A stretch of DNA of 64,000 nt. Source: the human T2T-CHM13v2.0 reference genome, Homo sapiens. Below, piece after piece: positions 39,900-54,545 of the stretch (the stretch's first letter is position 1; every line of letters begins with the position of its first letter). Under the pieces are notes generated by a model that ran no database searches, had not been told where the DNA came from, and worked only from the letters and a program-made list of their open reading frames with translations. Location: the NCBI RefSeq assembly GCF_009914755.1, contig NC_060928.1. The stretch is one strand, 5' to 3'. The position numbers were made by a program, and so were the translations under genes.

Positions 39900-42800
39900 C
39901 GGGCGCCTCACATTCTAACACTTTGCACCAACCAACTATAGAATGTGATGAAGTCACCACTTCCCCTTGGGAACTCTAGCTTATCCGCTGAACCCAGTAT
40001 CTGTTACTATCTCATTCAGCTAGAAATACTTCCTCCAAACAGGTCCTGCCATAGAGGGAAAATCTTTACCAGCTTTTTACCCTCTTTTGCCTCCTGCCTA
40101 TTCTACTTTCGCTAAGCCCTTAGGATCGATAATTAATATGAAAATTCAACATTTGTGAATGAAAATATTAGTTCAATTCAAAATAACAAGGTTATCTAGT
40201 TAAAGAACATGTCCATATTCACATAGACCAAGAAAGAATTTAAGAGAATGTGTGCTAGAATGGTGCTAGAAATGATACACTTGCCCTCAACAAGTATTTG
40301 TGATTCCAGACCCTGGCTGTTGAGGCGACACTATGGGGAATAGCACCTGAACATTTCTTATGTCAGTAGCCTCCAGCCTGTATAATACATTTTGAAAAGT
40401 TCCATGCTTGTTCTGTAACCTTAATATCTTCTATGTTACAAAAAGTGTTTGAAGGAGTGTCTGCCTTATCAACTATTAGTTGATTTTGAGTCTCAGTACT
40501 TCAACAGTGTTGCAGAAGAGCATGCTTCATTTTTGAATAGCAGCAATAATTTACACAGATATTCAAATATATACTTGAAAATATATACATACATATTTAT
40601 TGGTAACAATAATTTTAGAGATAAGTAATTTTTTAATTTATCAAGCTGAGCTTCATATTGTATCAATCAAATATAAATAATGAGATGATTTCTAATGATT
40701 GTGTGTTCACAAAATATTAATTATAAGAAAATCGTATTTCACTAGAAAAATTGGAATGGTATTTGTTAATTCTTGGCAAACACACCTTTTTATAAGAATG
40801 GGCAAAGCAAACATAGAGACCATGGGTACATTTTATTTATACAGATACCCAATTAAGAAAAAAGCGTAAATAATCAAATGCAGTAGAAAATGTATTAAGA
40901 TAATAAAATATTGTTGACATTTTATCAGGTTTTAAAATAAGTTAGGTGGTAACGATTTTTAAACTAACTTTAAGAAAATGCAAAAAGATACGTAGATTAA
41001 AAATAATATAGTTTTAAGCATTTAAAATATGAAAATGCAGCTAAGAGAAAACTAGTAAATAAATAAAAAATAGCCATCTTTCAATTATTTGTCAGCTATA
41101 AGGCAATAATCAAAACACATTTAAAATGAAAGTATTTGTTTACCTATTCTAAATATACATCAAAATAATTTATTGACTTTTAATACAGTTAAAGAAATTA
41201 GTCCAAAAAGGCTGTTTGATTTACAAAATATAAAACTTCCAAGTTGAGTAACTGCAAAGAGATAGTTCTTAGAAATAGACAAGCTTAAATCAATGTTCTC
41301 TTTTCCACAGAGCTTTCTTTTCAATGTTGTTAAATAAAGTATATATGTGCTATAACTCAGTTTTGTGGCTTTTTTAACACTTGTTCTGACCTTCCTTTGC
41401 CTTCAATGTCAGACAGGATGGGTAGGCACTAACAGTTTCTAGACTTTTAAATACTAACTTATACTATACTGTAATGATTTTTGACATTCATAGTCATTTC
41501 AACATTCTAGTAACTAAGCAATCTAAAGCTAGTTGGCAAAAAATATGCACAACTCTTTGATTAGTAACTATGTTTTGATGTTTACATCAAGGAGTCTAAT
41601 CTGAAATATCCTTCATAATAACCTATGTAGACAAGGGCAAAGTAAGACTTCAATAGCCACCTAGACAGTTTGGATGATGGCCAGATGAGCCAGTGTTCTA
41701 AGGGCTGTCGGTGACCTTGTAGTGAATTTTGCAAAAGTGCGAATTTCTCTGTCTCAGGCAGTTGTATGATTAATGAAACACACCCACGAAGCTACAGTGC
41801 TTGGTAAACACATGTTGGCTGTAAACAATATTCGTTCTCTGAAGGATTCTGAGAGAAGTGGTGAATACAGAGCCAGATTTACAGAGCAGTATTCTGTACC
41901 TCAAATGTAAGCAGTGCTGGAGTGGATTCATGAAACTTCAATTCAGTAGTGAGAAAGTCAAGCCTTATAGCTTTCCAATCCTTTGAAGCAAGATGTAATT
42001 CTTTCACTTTTCCATAGTATTTCTTGTTTCAAACAACATTCTCTCTTAATCATATAGAAAAAAATACAAGAGATGAACACAGTAAACCAATGAATTTGTT
42101 CATGTATTCCTCTAAGAAGAGCCCACATTTCTTAGTCTGTGACAAGAATAACACCTTTGAGTGGAATACTAAACAAAGGTATGAATGGATTCTTAGCAAA
42201 ATAAGAGTGTACAAAAGTCAAATTATCAGATAGCTATATAATAATTTCTGTAGTGTTTAAAATGTTCATGGGCGTAGAGAGATATGAAGGGATATTTTAG
42301 GATATCTGTGAAAAAGTAATACATTTAATATATTTTGATTTCAGTGGATTTTTTATTTAGTTCATTTTGATATTCCTCTGATAAATAGTACAGATCGTAA
42401 TATGATACAGACTAGACTTTTTAAACTGCTAGTAGCTAATAGGATACTTGTGATTTGAAAAACTTTTACTGAAACATACACCAAATATATATATTGTGGC
42501 AAGTGAATATGTAAATGACTTATTAATAGAGGTCCAGTAGGTAAATGTCTGTGTCTGTAACTTTGTGTGTGTACATATATTGTTGCAGAAATTGGAACAA
42601 GTATGCTTAAAAAGGAGAGAAAGCAAATTTACGACTTTCAAAGGCAACAGTGTGTGTTTCATTTATACCAATTCTTTTTTGAACAAATACATTTTAAAAT
42701 TGTATTTTAATCTTTATGGTAATCAACATAGGAGAAGGTACATATTAAGTGAAGAGAGGACAAATGAATGAATATTCATAGCACTCAGATTTCTATATTT

Positions 42801-44149
42801 TACTGTTTCTGATTGTTATATAAAACTGATTTATTACAAATGTAAGTAATACACACATTTTTAGACAATGATTAGTTAGGTAACTGCTCAAAGAATAATT
42901 GAAACCAATAAATATCACCATCTGTGGACATATCAGGTATTGTCCTTTAAAGATAAGTCCTTGGCCTGGTTTTATTAGATTATGTTATCAGAATATTTTT
43001 AGTGATCTATAGAATGATACCACTTTGGATGAGATTGCCAAGATCTGGAGAGAGAGGTAGGATTTCTTGTGACTTTGAAACACTGGAGGAATGATGCGTA
43101 ATAAATGACATTGTATTCAAAGGGGATGAGTGTAATAGAAAATAGCTGGCTAGGCAAAAACCAGGTTGTCTGAAACCAGTTAATGTGCATAAGCAATGTG
43201 ATCTTACTAAAAGCATCCTTATGCATCCTGTTTTCATAGAGTGGCGTTTGTTCAGTTAAAAACAAAGCATAATAACGAACAAAAACTTGAATGTCCTCAG
43301 AGCAGGATGGCTGCAAGTATTAGAAAACAATTCTCAGTCTGAGTCAGAACAAGTGTGCAGTTTAATTTCTATACTTCAAAACTGATGGGATGAACATGTG
43401 TAAGACTTGGAGATGGCAACTAAAATGAGTAATGGGCTGGAAACCAGGACCTCTAAAGAAGGGTTCACGGAGTTACTGTCAGTTTGAGGAAAGAAGGCAA
43501 TTCAAGTACATGAAAGACTGTGGTAAAAATGACTCCCCAATGAACAAATGTGTGAAAACCAAAATATGTAAGATTAAGTAAAAATAAGACTATAAGAATT
43601 TCATGATACTATAGTTTTTAAAAGGAGGGTTTTTCCATTGTTAAATAATTATCAAATTAGAATTAGAAAGTCTCTTAACTGTATAGATACCAGTAATAGC
43701 TATATATGACAATATAGAAACTCCTTCAGTATTTGTTCTCCATCATTTCCAAAACAACAACATAAACACAAACACATCGTTTACATATTTGCTAATGCAT
43801 AACCTGTCACTGATAATTGTAGGAAAGTTAACGTGCAAACCATTTAATGCATTAACACAGATCCCTTAATTACTTGCCTTAGGAAGGGCATGTAATGGGT
43901 GTCTGAAAAGACTAATGTAAACTACAGTGCCCAGACATTTCATAGTCCTGTGAATACTGAGGGCTTAGGCTGTTGTTGCACTATCTGTGGAAGAACAGTT
44001 CAGGAGTCAGTATGCTTATGAGTTGGGGAAAGATTAAGATCTTTACATACACCAAAAAGCTCGTGAAATCTGCCCCATGAGAAGCATGATACCAAGAAAC
44101 AGCATGATGGTAGTAGGAGATAGACGATCCCAGGTAATAGGGGCTTTCC

Positions 44150-44382
44150 AAGAGAGTGTGAGGAGCCTATAAACTATAGGATCAAAACTATCTAGGTTCA
44201 AACCCAAATCTTTCAGTAACTTACATGCTTTATGCTTTAATTTCCTCATTTGTGAAATGGCAGTGATGATCATGATACCGATCTCACCGTGGTGTTGTGG
44301 GGATTAAATGAATTATTATAATTAAACCCCTTAAATCAGCGCCTGACACAGTACAAAACACTGTATAGGGTTAGTATTATTT
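44150..44382 (+). mobile_element. MIR
   Basis: tttcctcatttgtgaaatgg...gttgtggggattaaatga...gcctgacacagta. Confidence 0.78.
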
Positions 44383-45019
44383 AGAATGATTTATATAGCT
44401 TTGATGTGTTTAAATACCCTTCTTGAACCAGTGTATTTTGAAATGGTATTTCAATATCCAGACTTAAAATGACCATTTGGGAAAGGGTCCAACTTTCCGG
44501 ACAAATTCAGATGAGCAAAATTCTTTGAATTGGAGATTCAAAAGAGAAAAGAGAATTTTATTGGCTATGATTATTTTCCAATTGTCGCTCTTTTTACTGC
44601 TATGTATATTTTATATCTCATTTTCATTTACATCTATTGTAAACCAAATAACAGATTTAATATTCCTGTTAGCATCACTTCTACTATTTCCTTTTCTGTG
44701 CGTGTGCATACATGTGTGATATTCTTTACATGACCTGGTGTGTGCTTCATATTGCAACTGCAATTCCCCTACAAAGAGGGAAACATGATGTGACAGGAGG
44801 CTGTGTCTAAAGACAGTCCATGAGCTGCAGGCAGAGCTGGTACCATTTGTGCTGGCCTTTTCCCAGGGGTCTACACGTCAAATATGGGCATCAGACTGGC
44901 TTTCTGGCTTTTGACTGAACTCCAGTAGACATAATATGAAAATGAATGTTAAACTTTGTTTCTGCCATTTTTGAGATATTTAATCTATACCTATTGTTAT
45001 TCTTCTAAAAAAATAACTT

Positions 45020-45560
45020 TTTTGGCAGGTACTGCTCTTAGCACTGGGGATACAGTGAGAAATCAGACAGAGGTTTCTGCTTGTAAGAAGCTATCATTGT
45101 ATAGATAAGTAAATAAGCAATTCATGAAGATAATTTCCTATCTTCAAGTACTATTACCAAAGAATAAAATAGATAAGCAGATAAAGCAATGCAGAGTAAC
45201 AGGATGGAGCGTCCTATTTTAAGTGGAGTTGTAAGGAAACATCTCTTTGAATAACTGAATTAGGAACGCAAAGTGAGTTAAGCGAGGGAGCCCACCATGT
45301 AAAGACCTGGATGATGAGTGATGAACGTTACAGGCAATGTTAAGAAAATGTGCAAAAAGCTTGAGTCAGGAAAGAATGTAATGTATTAATGAAACAAAAA
45401 GGAGGCAGTATGGATAAAACAGAGTTGTTAAAGGGAAAAGCCTTTCAAGATACTATCATAGAAGTAAGTACCCTAGAGCTATTTGTATAGGAATCTTGCA
45501 TTTAATTTTATTCTGAGTGTATATCATTGCAAGAATTTAAGCAGTGAAATGACATTGTTA
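45020..45560 (-). mobile_element. L2 fragment, continuing after the L1 insertion
   Basis: ggcaggtactgctcttagcactggggatacag, then purine-rich antisense L2 sequence. Confidence 0.65.
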
Positions 45561-45570
45561 TATTTACATG

Positions 45571-46932
45571 TTTTTATTGATACATAAAATTTGTTCATAT
45601 CTGTGGGATACATTTTGTTACATGCATGCACTGTGTAATGATCAAGTCAGGGTAGCTAAGATGGTCATCACCATGAGCATTTATCTTTTCCGTCTGCTGA
45701 GTACATTTCAAGTCCACGCTTCTAGCTATTTGAAATGTACAGTACATTGTTATTAACTATAGTCACCCTACTCTATGATCAAACATTAGAACTTATTCCT
45801 TGTTCCTTCCAAACTCTCTTCACACGCGTCCCCACCCCTGCATCCTTCCCAGGCTCTGGTAACTATTATTCTCCTCTCTACCTCCATGAGATCAACTTTT
45901 TAGCTCCCATATATGAGTGAGCACATGGGATATTTGTCTTTCTGTATCTGGCTTATTTCACTTAACATAATAACTCCTATTTCCATCAATGTTGCTGTAA
46001 ATGGCATAATTTTGTTCTTTTTTTAGCTAAATAGTATTTCATTGTGTATACATACCACATTTTCCTTATCTTTTCATCTCTTGACGGACACTTAGTTTGA
46101 TTTCACATCTTTGCTATTGCGTAGTGCCGCAATAAACATAGGGGTGCATGTATGCCTTTGATACATTGATTCTCTGTTTGATTTTAAGATAAATATGTAG
46201 TAGTGAGATTATTCAATCAAATAGTAGTTCTAATTTTAGTTTTTTGAGAAATATCTATATTGTTTTCTATAATGGCTTCTACTAACTTGTATTCCCACCA
46301 ACAATGTATAACAATTCCCTTTTCTCTGCATCTTTGCCAGTATTAATGTCTTTTTGATAAAAGTCATTCTAAGTGGGGTAAGATGATATTTTATTTTGGT
46401 TTTGATGAGATTTTATTTTGGGTCTGATTTTCATTTCCCTGACTCTTACTGATGTTGAACATTTTTTCATATACCTGTTGGTGGTTTGCATGCCTTCTTT
46501 TGAGTAGTGTGTATTTAGATCTTTTGCGCACTTTTTAATGTTTGGGGTTTTTTTATGTTGAGTTGTTTAAGTTCTTTGTATATTCTGTGTATTAGTTTCT
46601 TGTCAGATAAAGATTTTGCAAATACTTCATTCAACAGTTTGTCTCTTTATTATGTTGATTGTTTCCTTGCTGTGCAGAAGGTTTTTGGTTTAATATAGTC
46701 CCATTTGTCTGTCTTCGTTTTGTTTCCTGTGATTTTGAATTCTTACCCATAAAATCTTGGCCTAGACCAATATTCTGGAGTGTTTCTCTTATGCTTTCTT
46801 CTAGTAGTTTTATAGTTTCAGGTCTTATGTTTATGTTTTTAAGTCATTTTAGTGGATTATTGTATTTGCTGAGGGATAAGCATCTAGTTTTATTCTTCTG
46901 TATATGGACATCCAGTTTTCCCAAAACCATTT
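45571..46932 (-). mobile_element. L1MA-type LINE, 3' ~1.35 kb
   Basis: Antisense 3' UTR (tgtaatgatcaagtcagggta) and ORF2 (tggcttatttcacttaacataat, ttcccacaacaatgtata, tgctgtgcagaag, cttctagtagttttatagtttcaggtc). Confidence 0.93.
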
Positions 46933-46949
46933 ATTATGTTTTCAAAATT

Positions 46950-48000
46950 ATTAAGATTTTGCATGGAGAATACATTGTGGAGGCCACTTGTTTTCACACA
47001 GATCAATGAACAGAATCTATGTACTCAGTGGAGATTGTATACCTAGTCCATAGATAATTATGGGGTGAAAACGATGCTATCTGTGATGAGGTAAAAAGGG
47101 ATTCAAAATTTTCTTTGGAAATAGACACCTTGATGGACTGGTTGTGAATGTTGACAAAAATATTTATTCACAAACATTTATTCACAACATCTCAGATGTC
47201 AGGGGCTGCTTTTCTCCTTGTCTTATCAAAGGGAAGTTGACGAGAAATCATATGTATGTACAAATTTGGAGCTCAGGGAGATTTTATTTCTGAGTATATA
47301 AAAACAGATGTCATCCACATACAGATTATGTTTCAAGTCATGAGAACAGATAAGATCATCTATGAAAAGAGTATGATAGAGAAGAATAAAGGGCCATAAA
47401 TTCAGCTCAAGAGCCACTAACATACAGAGTTAATTTGAGGAGGAAGAGTAAGGAAATATCACTAGTGAGGAACAGCCATTGAAGCAGAATGAAAAGCAGA
47501 TGTTTTCTATAGGCTAAAAAGCTGTGTTTTTGGAAGCAGGGAGCCGTCTACATAATACTGCCGAGAAGTTACTTAAAACGATGTTAAAAAAAAAAAAGGT
47601 TTATACATTGGATTTAGTAAGATACACGTCAGTAGTAATCTTCCTAAGAAAGGTTTTAAACAGAGTAGTGGGGCAAATTCCAAAAAAGGAGGAGATCAAA
47701 AAGAACATGGGGGTGAGATGGGGAGGAGTCAAATAGAATTCACAAGTAGTAACAATTCCTTTGGAGATGTTTTTCTGTGAAAGGAAGCAGAGAAGAAGTG
47801 CATGTGGACACTTACTAATTTCAATAAGGAGAACAGATTAAACATTTAAACATGGAGGTAGATTGGTAGATCTGGTATTGGAAAAAAGAGTCTGTTCTCT
47901 TTTGCTTGTTTGCCTTTTTTTCTTTCAAAGTGGTATATAAGTCACAATTATCAGCTGAGAATAGGAGAAGTGGTATTGGAGGTTTGAGGACCAAAATGTG
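46950..48000 (-). mobile_element. L2 fragment
   Basis: tggagctcagggag, cattggatttag and ttttctgtgaaagg motifs of antisense L2. Confidence 0.6.
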
Positions 48001-48187
48001 ATAAAATTGTCTCAAGGAATGAAAATGAATAATAATGAATTAGTGAGATGCAAAATTTATCAGTACATTTTGTTTTTCTTTCACTCAGGATTTTGTTCTA
48101 TGACTATTTGGAAACCAACAAGAACCCTTTTTTTGTTACGACAACTATATTTTAAGTCTTGTTTAATATATTTTTATGTGGGTCCTC

Positions 48188-48460
48188 ATAGTCTAGTGAT
48201 TAGAAGTATGAACTTTTGAGTCAAATAGGCCTGACTACAACAGGTTAAATTCCTTAATTGTATAAGCCTCAACTTTAAGTACTCAATGGGGATAATATAT
48301 TTGGGGTAAACAGCTTGAGTTTGAACCTGAACTCCGCTGCTGATTAGCTGTGAGGATTCAGGCAATTCACTTATCAGGAAAATTAGAATAAAAATACTTC
48401 TAACAATAATAATGTTAGCAGTAATTACACCACTCAGAATCTGGTGCTTGATAAATAGCA
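48188..48460 (+). mobile_element. MIR fragments
   Basis: tagtgattagaagtatgaactttt gagtca head and gagtttgaacctg..ctccgct..tagctgtga core. Confidence 0.55.
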
Positions 48461-49347
48461 TCTTCATGGCTATGGGGGTTTGTTTGTTTGTTTTACATTT
48501 TAATTAAAGTATTTCCTCTTATTTCAGTATCAGTTGAGTCCATGCAGGACAGACTTAACCTATTCTATATAGATGTAAAGATTGGTCCTATACTTAGCTA
48601 AAGTATAAAGTTTAGGAAATTATTTCAAAATTATGCATGGAGAGCAGCAAAGGTTTGGGAAAATTTTGTAACTTCTTTCTGCAAACAAATATGGAATATT
48701 TAGGCTAAATTACTCTCCTAGGAGAATCAATTTTTAAAAAGTTTAACTTTTAAAACTTAGTTCATTTGAAAAACAGTCAGTCAAGATGTCCACAAATAAA
48801 AGTAAACATTTTGATTGTCTACTCTAGGGACGGGATTCTAGAAAAACCATGGAATTTTTGGGAAAGGTCATTTGGCTATACTAGTAGAGAGAAGGTCACA
48901 TCTCAAAATGTCATTCCTTCCATCTATTCATAAACAAACAGGTAGTGATCTTTTGGTAGAGATCCATAATATCTCCAATAAAGTCTGGGTTTTTAAATGT
49001 GCACCAACTTCTATTTTGACAATATCAACATAAACTTTTAAAATATAACCTATATTTCTGTCAAGTTGGCCTTGTTGCTTGGGTCCTATTTTATATTGAC
49101 TCACATACTTTCTAATTTTTTTTTACTTTATCTCCCCATGTTAAAATCCCATTCATATTTAAGGCCTAATTCAAATGAAAAGGAACTTCCCCCCAATACT
49201 TTTCATTCACTGATGAGCGCTCCACTTTGTAAATATCTTGTGCTTGACTTTTACCTCTTACATGTCTCTAAATATTTGTTAACTTACAGAGTAATATCAA
49301 ATATATGTTATGTGTGTATATGTGTATCATCTATGCTCTCAGCTCTT

Positions 49348-49663
49348 TTTTATTCTTTTCAGATGGAGTTTCGCTTTTGTTGCCCAGGCTGGAGTGCAAT
49401 GGCGTGATCTTGGCTCACTGCAACCTCCACCTCCCAGGTACAAGGATTCTCCTGTCTCAGTTTCCCAAGTAGCTCGGATTACAGACATGCGCCACCATGC
49501 CGGGCTTTTTTTTCTTCTTCTTCTTCTTTTTTTTTTTTGTATTTAGTAGAGACGGGGTTTCACCATGTTAGTCAGGCTGGTCATGAACTCCTGACCTCAG
49601 GTGATCACCTGCCTCAGCCTCCCAAAGTGCTGGGACTGCAGGTGTGCACGACAGTGCTCAGCC
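49348..49663 (-). mobile_element. AluS
   Basis: Dimer; TSD tgctctca(a)gctctt at 49334-49347 and 49664-49678. Confidence 0.95.
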
Positions 49664-49742
49664 TGCTCTCAAGCTCTTGGAGGAAGGAATTGGTCATATA
49701 AGTTTTGAACGCCTTCGATAATGGTAGTTTATACGGCACATA

Positions 49743-50005
49743 GCTGAGGCGGGTGGATCACGAGGTCAGGAGTTCGAGACCAGCCTGTCCAATATGGTGA
49801 AACCTCATCTCTACTAAAAACACAAAAATTAGCCAGGTGTGGTGGCATATGCCTGTCTACTCAGCTACTCAGGAGGTGAGGCAGGAGAACCACTTGAACC
49901 TGGGAGGCAGAGGCTGCAGTGACCAAGATTGGGCCACTGCACTCCAGCCTGGGTGACATAGCGAGACTCTGTCTCAAAAAAAAAAAAAAAAAAAAAAAAG
50001 AAAAG
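49743..50005 (+). mobile_element. AluS (Sg-like), 5'-truncated
   Basis: gctgaggcgggtggatcacgaggtcaggagttcgag...polyA. Confidence 0.95.
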
Positions 50006-50029
50006 AAATATTTGAAGAAGTCAGTTAGT

Positions 50030-50452
50030 GTCAGAGATGCTGTGCTGTTCCACCCAGATCTCCTTTCAGTACTAAAGGATTCCTTCCTCTGGCTGCTGGG
50101 AAGATTGTAAGCAGAAGGCTCTCGATCCTTTTGGGGAAATGCTTTGGTTGAAGATACCAACACCCTTTCACTGAGCAGGTCACAGCCAGTGCTTGTGACA
50201 TGGGAGTATGAAGGCACAATGCCCTCACCATACCCAGAACTACTCTCCACAGCCAATCCAGCTTCAGGGTTGCTTCAGGGTTGCCCAAGGTCTTACTGTG
50301 ACTATATCACAGCCTAATCTATAGCTCTCCCAATTCCTACTCCTTCCTCTCACACACTGCCAAATTGGTGTTGACCCTGAGACAGCATGTCCTGATAAAT
50401 CTCCTGCATTCACATCTCTATACAGAGTCTGTTTCCTGGGAGACCTCAATCC
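50030..50452 (+). mobile_element. ERVL solo LTR (LTR16-like)
   Basis: 3' end gataaatctcctgca...cagagtctgtttcctgggaga resembles LTR16. Confidence 0.65.
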
Positions 50453-51631
50453 ATGGCATTCAGGAAAAAATGCTGCAAACTAAAAAGCACATTTTTATGA
50501 TATGCTATTTTTCAAGCTTTTTGAATCACATCTGCTATTGGCAATGGCATGTTGGGCTTTATTTGTTCTTTAAAAATATACAGATAGCTATGAATACACT
50601 TCATCTTGAGGCTCTAAATGATCACATTTTGTTGTGACTAATATTCATTAAAAAGACAGGTTACCACAGTAATATGATGTAATAGCCTTTAAGTACTCAC
50701 CCTGCTAGTCAATTATTAACTAATATCTTTATTAGTTAAATCCATATATGGCAACTACATAAACCTCTATTTCATGTGTTTGATTTACTGCCTATTTTAA
50801 CTACATTGTATCCTGGATCAATTGTTTTTTATCCAAACTTTGATCATTGCAAACCTTAGTAAGAAAAAGGTTTTCTGGGATTGACTTTCTGTCTGCTTTG
50901 CACTAGAACATATCCATGCTTAAAAAAAAAAATCACATTATTCAAATTCCTGCTTTTTTCTAGTTCTATATTATATATTACATATATTTCTCTAGTTTGT
51001 TTTAGAAGTTGTGATTAAGTCCTTTTGCATAGGTTGTTACAACAGGGAACTATTGATTAAATTAGTATAGGAAAGTAATGACCAGCTATTTGTACTCTTT
51101 CACTGTGTTACCAAATTTCAGTTCTGTGCTCTGGTTTCTTTACAGCTCTATTTAGTCAGATATAAGAAATAGTAATTGAGATTTTCAAAAGACAGGATTC
51201 ATGATGATGTTAGACAATTCATATGTGGTTTAGCCCATGGCCTCATGGGTTATTTGAGGTCAAAAGTGACCAAATATTTTGTGTCTAAGTGCCACCAAAA
51301 TGCAGACTTCAAAGAATCTGTCATGCTGCATATCCTGACCCTGGTTCTGTGTCAGTGGTCCTTGGGCTGTGAGGGACACTGCATGTGGGCCTGTGCTCTG
51401 ATGACAACTGCAGGGCTCACAAGGAAAGGCTTATAAAATATGAATAGACAACCTCCACTCCATCCACCTGTCCCTCCCTTTCCTCTTTCTATCAATAATG
51501 CACAGCTGGTGAGGAGAGATCAAATACAACTCAAATCAGCCACTTCCTCAGCCAAGGGTTCTAAGCAAAGGTATGTCAGAAATGAAGAAAATGCCAAGTT
51601 CCTGACTTCGATTTGAAAATATAAAATATAA

Positions 51632-51950
<319 letters not shown>

Positions 51951-53110
51951 TATGCTAGGTTTTAACTGTACTTTTATGATACTGTCCAGGCTGAGATTAA
52001 GAGCAATTTCTTACTGATTAAATATATTAAAATATATTAAAATCATATAATAGTGAATGTGTATGAATGTAATGCATTTCTTCCAAGTAGACTAAGCTTT
52101 AGTGTAGAGTCAAATGAATACTCCTTTAAATGAAATAGACTCTTTTATCTGTCACTTTATCCTAATTCAATTTCCTTGCTAAAATTAAAAAAAAAAACAT
52201 TTTATTGTATCTTTTTATCTGAGAAATTCAGTTTATCAAAATTTACCTCATTAATATTTTACATAAACCTCTTAACCTAGTCAGAGTATATATTTCTATA
52301 ACTCAGCTTCAGAAGGAATGAAATATGATACCATAAACCCTAGGATGTAGTGATGCCCCACTTGTTCGATTTTCCCTCAAAAAGTTGTATGCAGAGTCTG
52401 TGGTTTTTGTTCGTTGTACCCCTAATGCCTTAAGCTCAAGTCATATTTGTTGAGTGAATAAAGACTTTCCAAAGGAATAGACAGGAAGAGGATATTTAAA
52501 TTGTGGTGCATTTAGATCTGCATTACTTTTTATCCTGTGATGTTGTGGCATCTTTCCCAGCCACACTGACGTAGGGGATTCTTTCCAGTCTCCAGGATGC
52601 TACTCTTCTCTGTTTTCTCCTTTTTCTGACCTATGCTTTACTCTGATGTTTTCCATGTCTTCTTCAGACACAGTTTCTTCCCCATCTAACCAGTGTTACT
52701 GAGTTTACTACATAGTTATTGAGGGGGTTGTGTTATATAAGTCTGGGGATTGGGAAGTGGTTAAGTAGCTTTTAAAAAGAGTATCAGCCGACTTTGGGAG
52801 TATACACACTGCCAAGACTTTTTTTTACCCTCTCAGCTAGGTAGGCTACAGGGAAACATCAGCTTTTACTTTTGCTATTGTAACAATCTATAATGAGCTA
52901 GAGTGAACTTAATAAAGATCTTTTATTTCTGTGTTCAACAAATATTTATAAATTAACTTCTAGGCTTTAGTCACTTTTATCCTAAGTGCTGGGTATACAT
53001 TGAAAAACTATGCACAAAGCCCTTATCCTGATGGAGCTTACAACTGAATGATAGGACAAGGGAAAAATGCACATATATGTATTTTCCCATAAATATACAT
53101 AATATTTATA

Positions 53111-53369
53111 CAGTCTGTCCTCCATATCCCCAGGTTCTGCATCCCAGGATTCAACCAAATGTGGCTCAAACATATTTTTGAAAAACAATAAAAAATAATA
53201 CAACAATTTAAAACAATACACATTTAAAAATATAGTTTGGCAACTATTACACAACATTAGGTATTGCAAGTAATCTAAAGATGATTTAAAGTGAACAGCC
53301 ATATGTGCATAGGTTATATGCAAATACTATGATATTTTGTACCCATATAAGTGACTTGAGCACTGCTGG
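53111..53369. mobile_element. MER2 (Tigger MITE) inside an L2
   Basis: ta|cagtctgtcctccatatcc..ggttctgcatcc..gattcaaccaa...gtaatcta.agatgatttaaagt...gcataggttatatgcaaatact. Confidence 0.88.
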
Positions 53370-53754
53370 ACAGAGTAATATGTGGAGCGTAATTTTTTGT
53401 AGGATGATCATAGAATGCACTTTATGCTTTAAATGAGTGGGGATACGAATTAAGTGACAGAGTTAGCTATAGGGTTATTTGAGGTTAATAGTATTTCAAG
53501 AGAACACAGTGAAAGAGGGAGAGAGTTAGTAGATGAGGCTAAATCACAAAGGGCCTTGAAGGGCCAGAAGACTTTGTATTTTACTCTGAGTGAGACTAGA
53601 AATCATTTAGGGGTCTAAACAAAGAACAGATATAATCTCATTTAAATTTTGAAAGCATCACTTTGGTTGCTGGGTGGAGAATGGAATATAACTGCTAAAG
53701 AAAAATTTATTTATGTTAAAAAAAACGTTAAAGGCAGGAAGTCCAGCACAGGAA

Positions 53755-53995
53755 GAGTAGACTCATCAGGAACCAGCCTACTTCCATCTGGTTCCCTCTT
53801 TATTCTCCACCTCATGGTCTAAGATGGTTGTCTGTGCTCTAGCGATTCCATCCATAATCTAACCTTTTCTTTGAAGACTTTCTGGAATGTATGACCGTTC
53901 AGCAGCACACCACTGGCGAGAATTCAGTTCAGTGACCTTGCATGGTTGGAGGGAGGCTGGCAAACACATTCTTTAACCTAGCCATTTGTTCGCCT
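53755..53995 (-). mobile_element. Old MaLR LTR fragment (MLT1I/J-like)
   Basis: cctcatggtc.aagatggttg and gggaggctgg.aaa motifs. Confidence 0.5.
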
Positions 53996-54289
53996 GGTCA
54001 AAAAGAAAAAAAAAGTCAAAGATTTTGAAGCAGTCCTCTTACTGAACATTTAGGGAAGCATCCCAAAATAGTACAAGGAAGGAGGCATGTAAATTGAGGA
54101 ACTCTATTTAAACAACTGAAGCTCAAGCCCAAGGACTTACAATTGGGTCTTTTGAGAGTGAGCATGTGGACAACCCATTGCTCAGAGTACCCAATCCTCT
54201 CCCCTGCCAGCTCACAGTTGGCTGCCCACCCTACTCACCCACACACATTGTTTTTGTAAACTTTGTAGCTTCGTGCACTTCTTCACAGG

Positions 54290-54545
54290 AGCCCTCTCAA
54301 ATCACAGATTAAATTATCCCACTCCGTATTACCCTGTCATTAACATCTATACCCCTTTTTTATAGAACTTAACACAATTTGTAATTCATGCATGTATAAT
54401 TATTTTATTAATGTTTATCTCTCTTCTAAGGCTTTAAAAGACATGAGCAGGATCCATGTCTTCTTTTCCCATCATTGCATTTTCAGTGCTAACACAATGC
54501 CTGATGCATAGCTGTTGACTGGAAATATCTATTGAGTAAATAAAC
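54290..54545 (+). mobile_element. L2 3' end
   Basis: cagtgctaacacaatgcctgatgcatag...aaatatctattgagtaaataaa. Confidence 0.7.
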
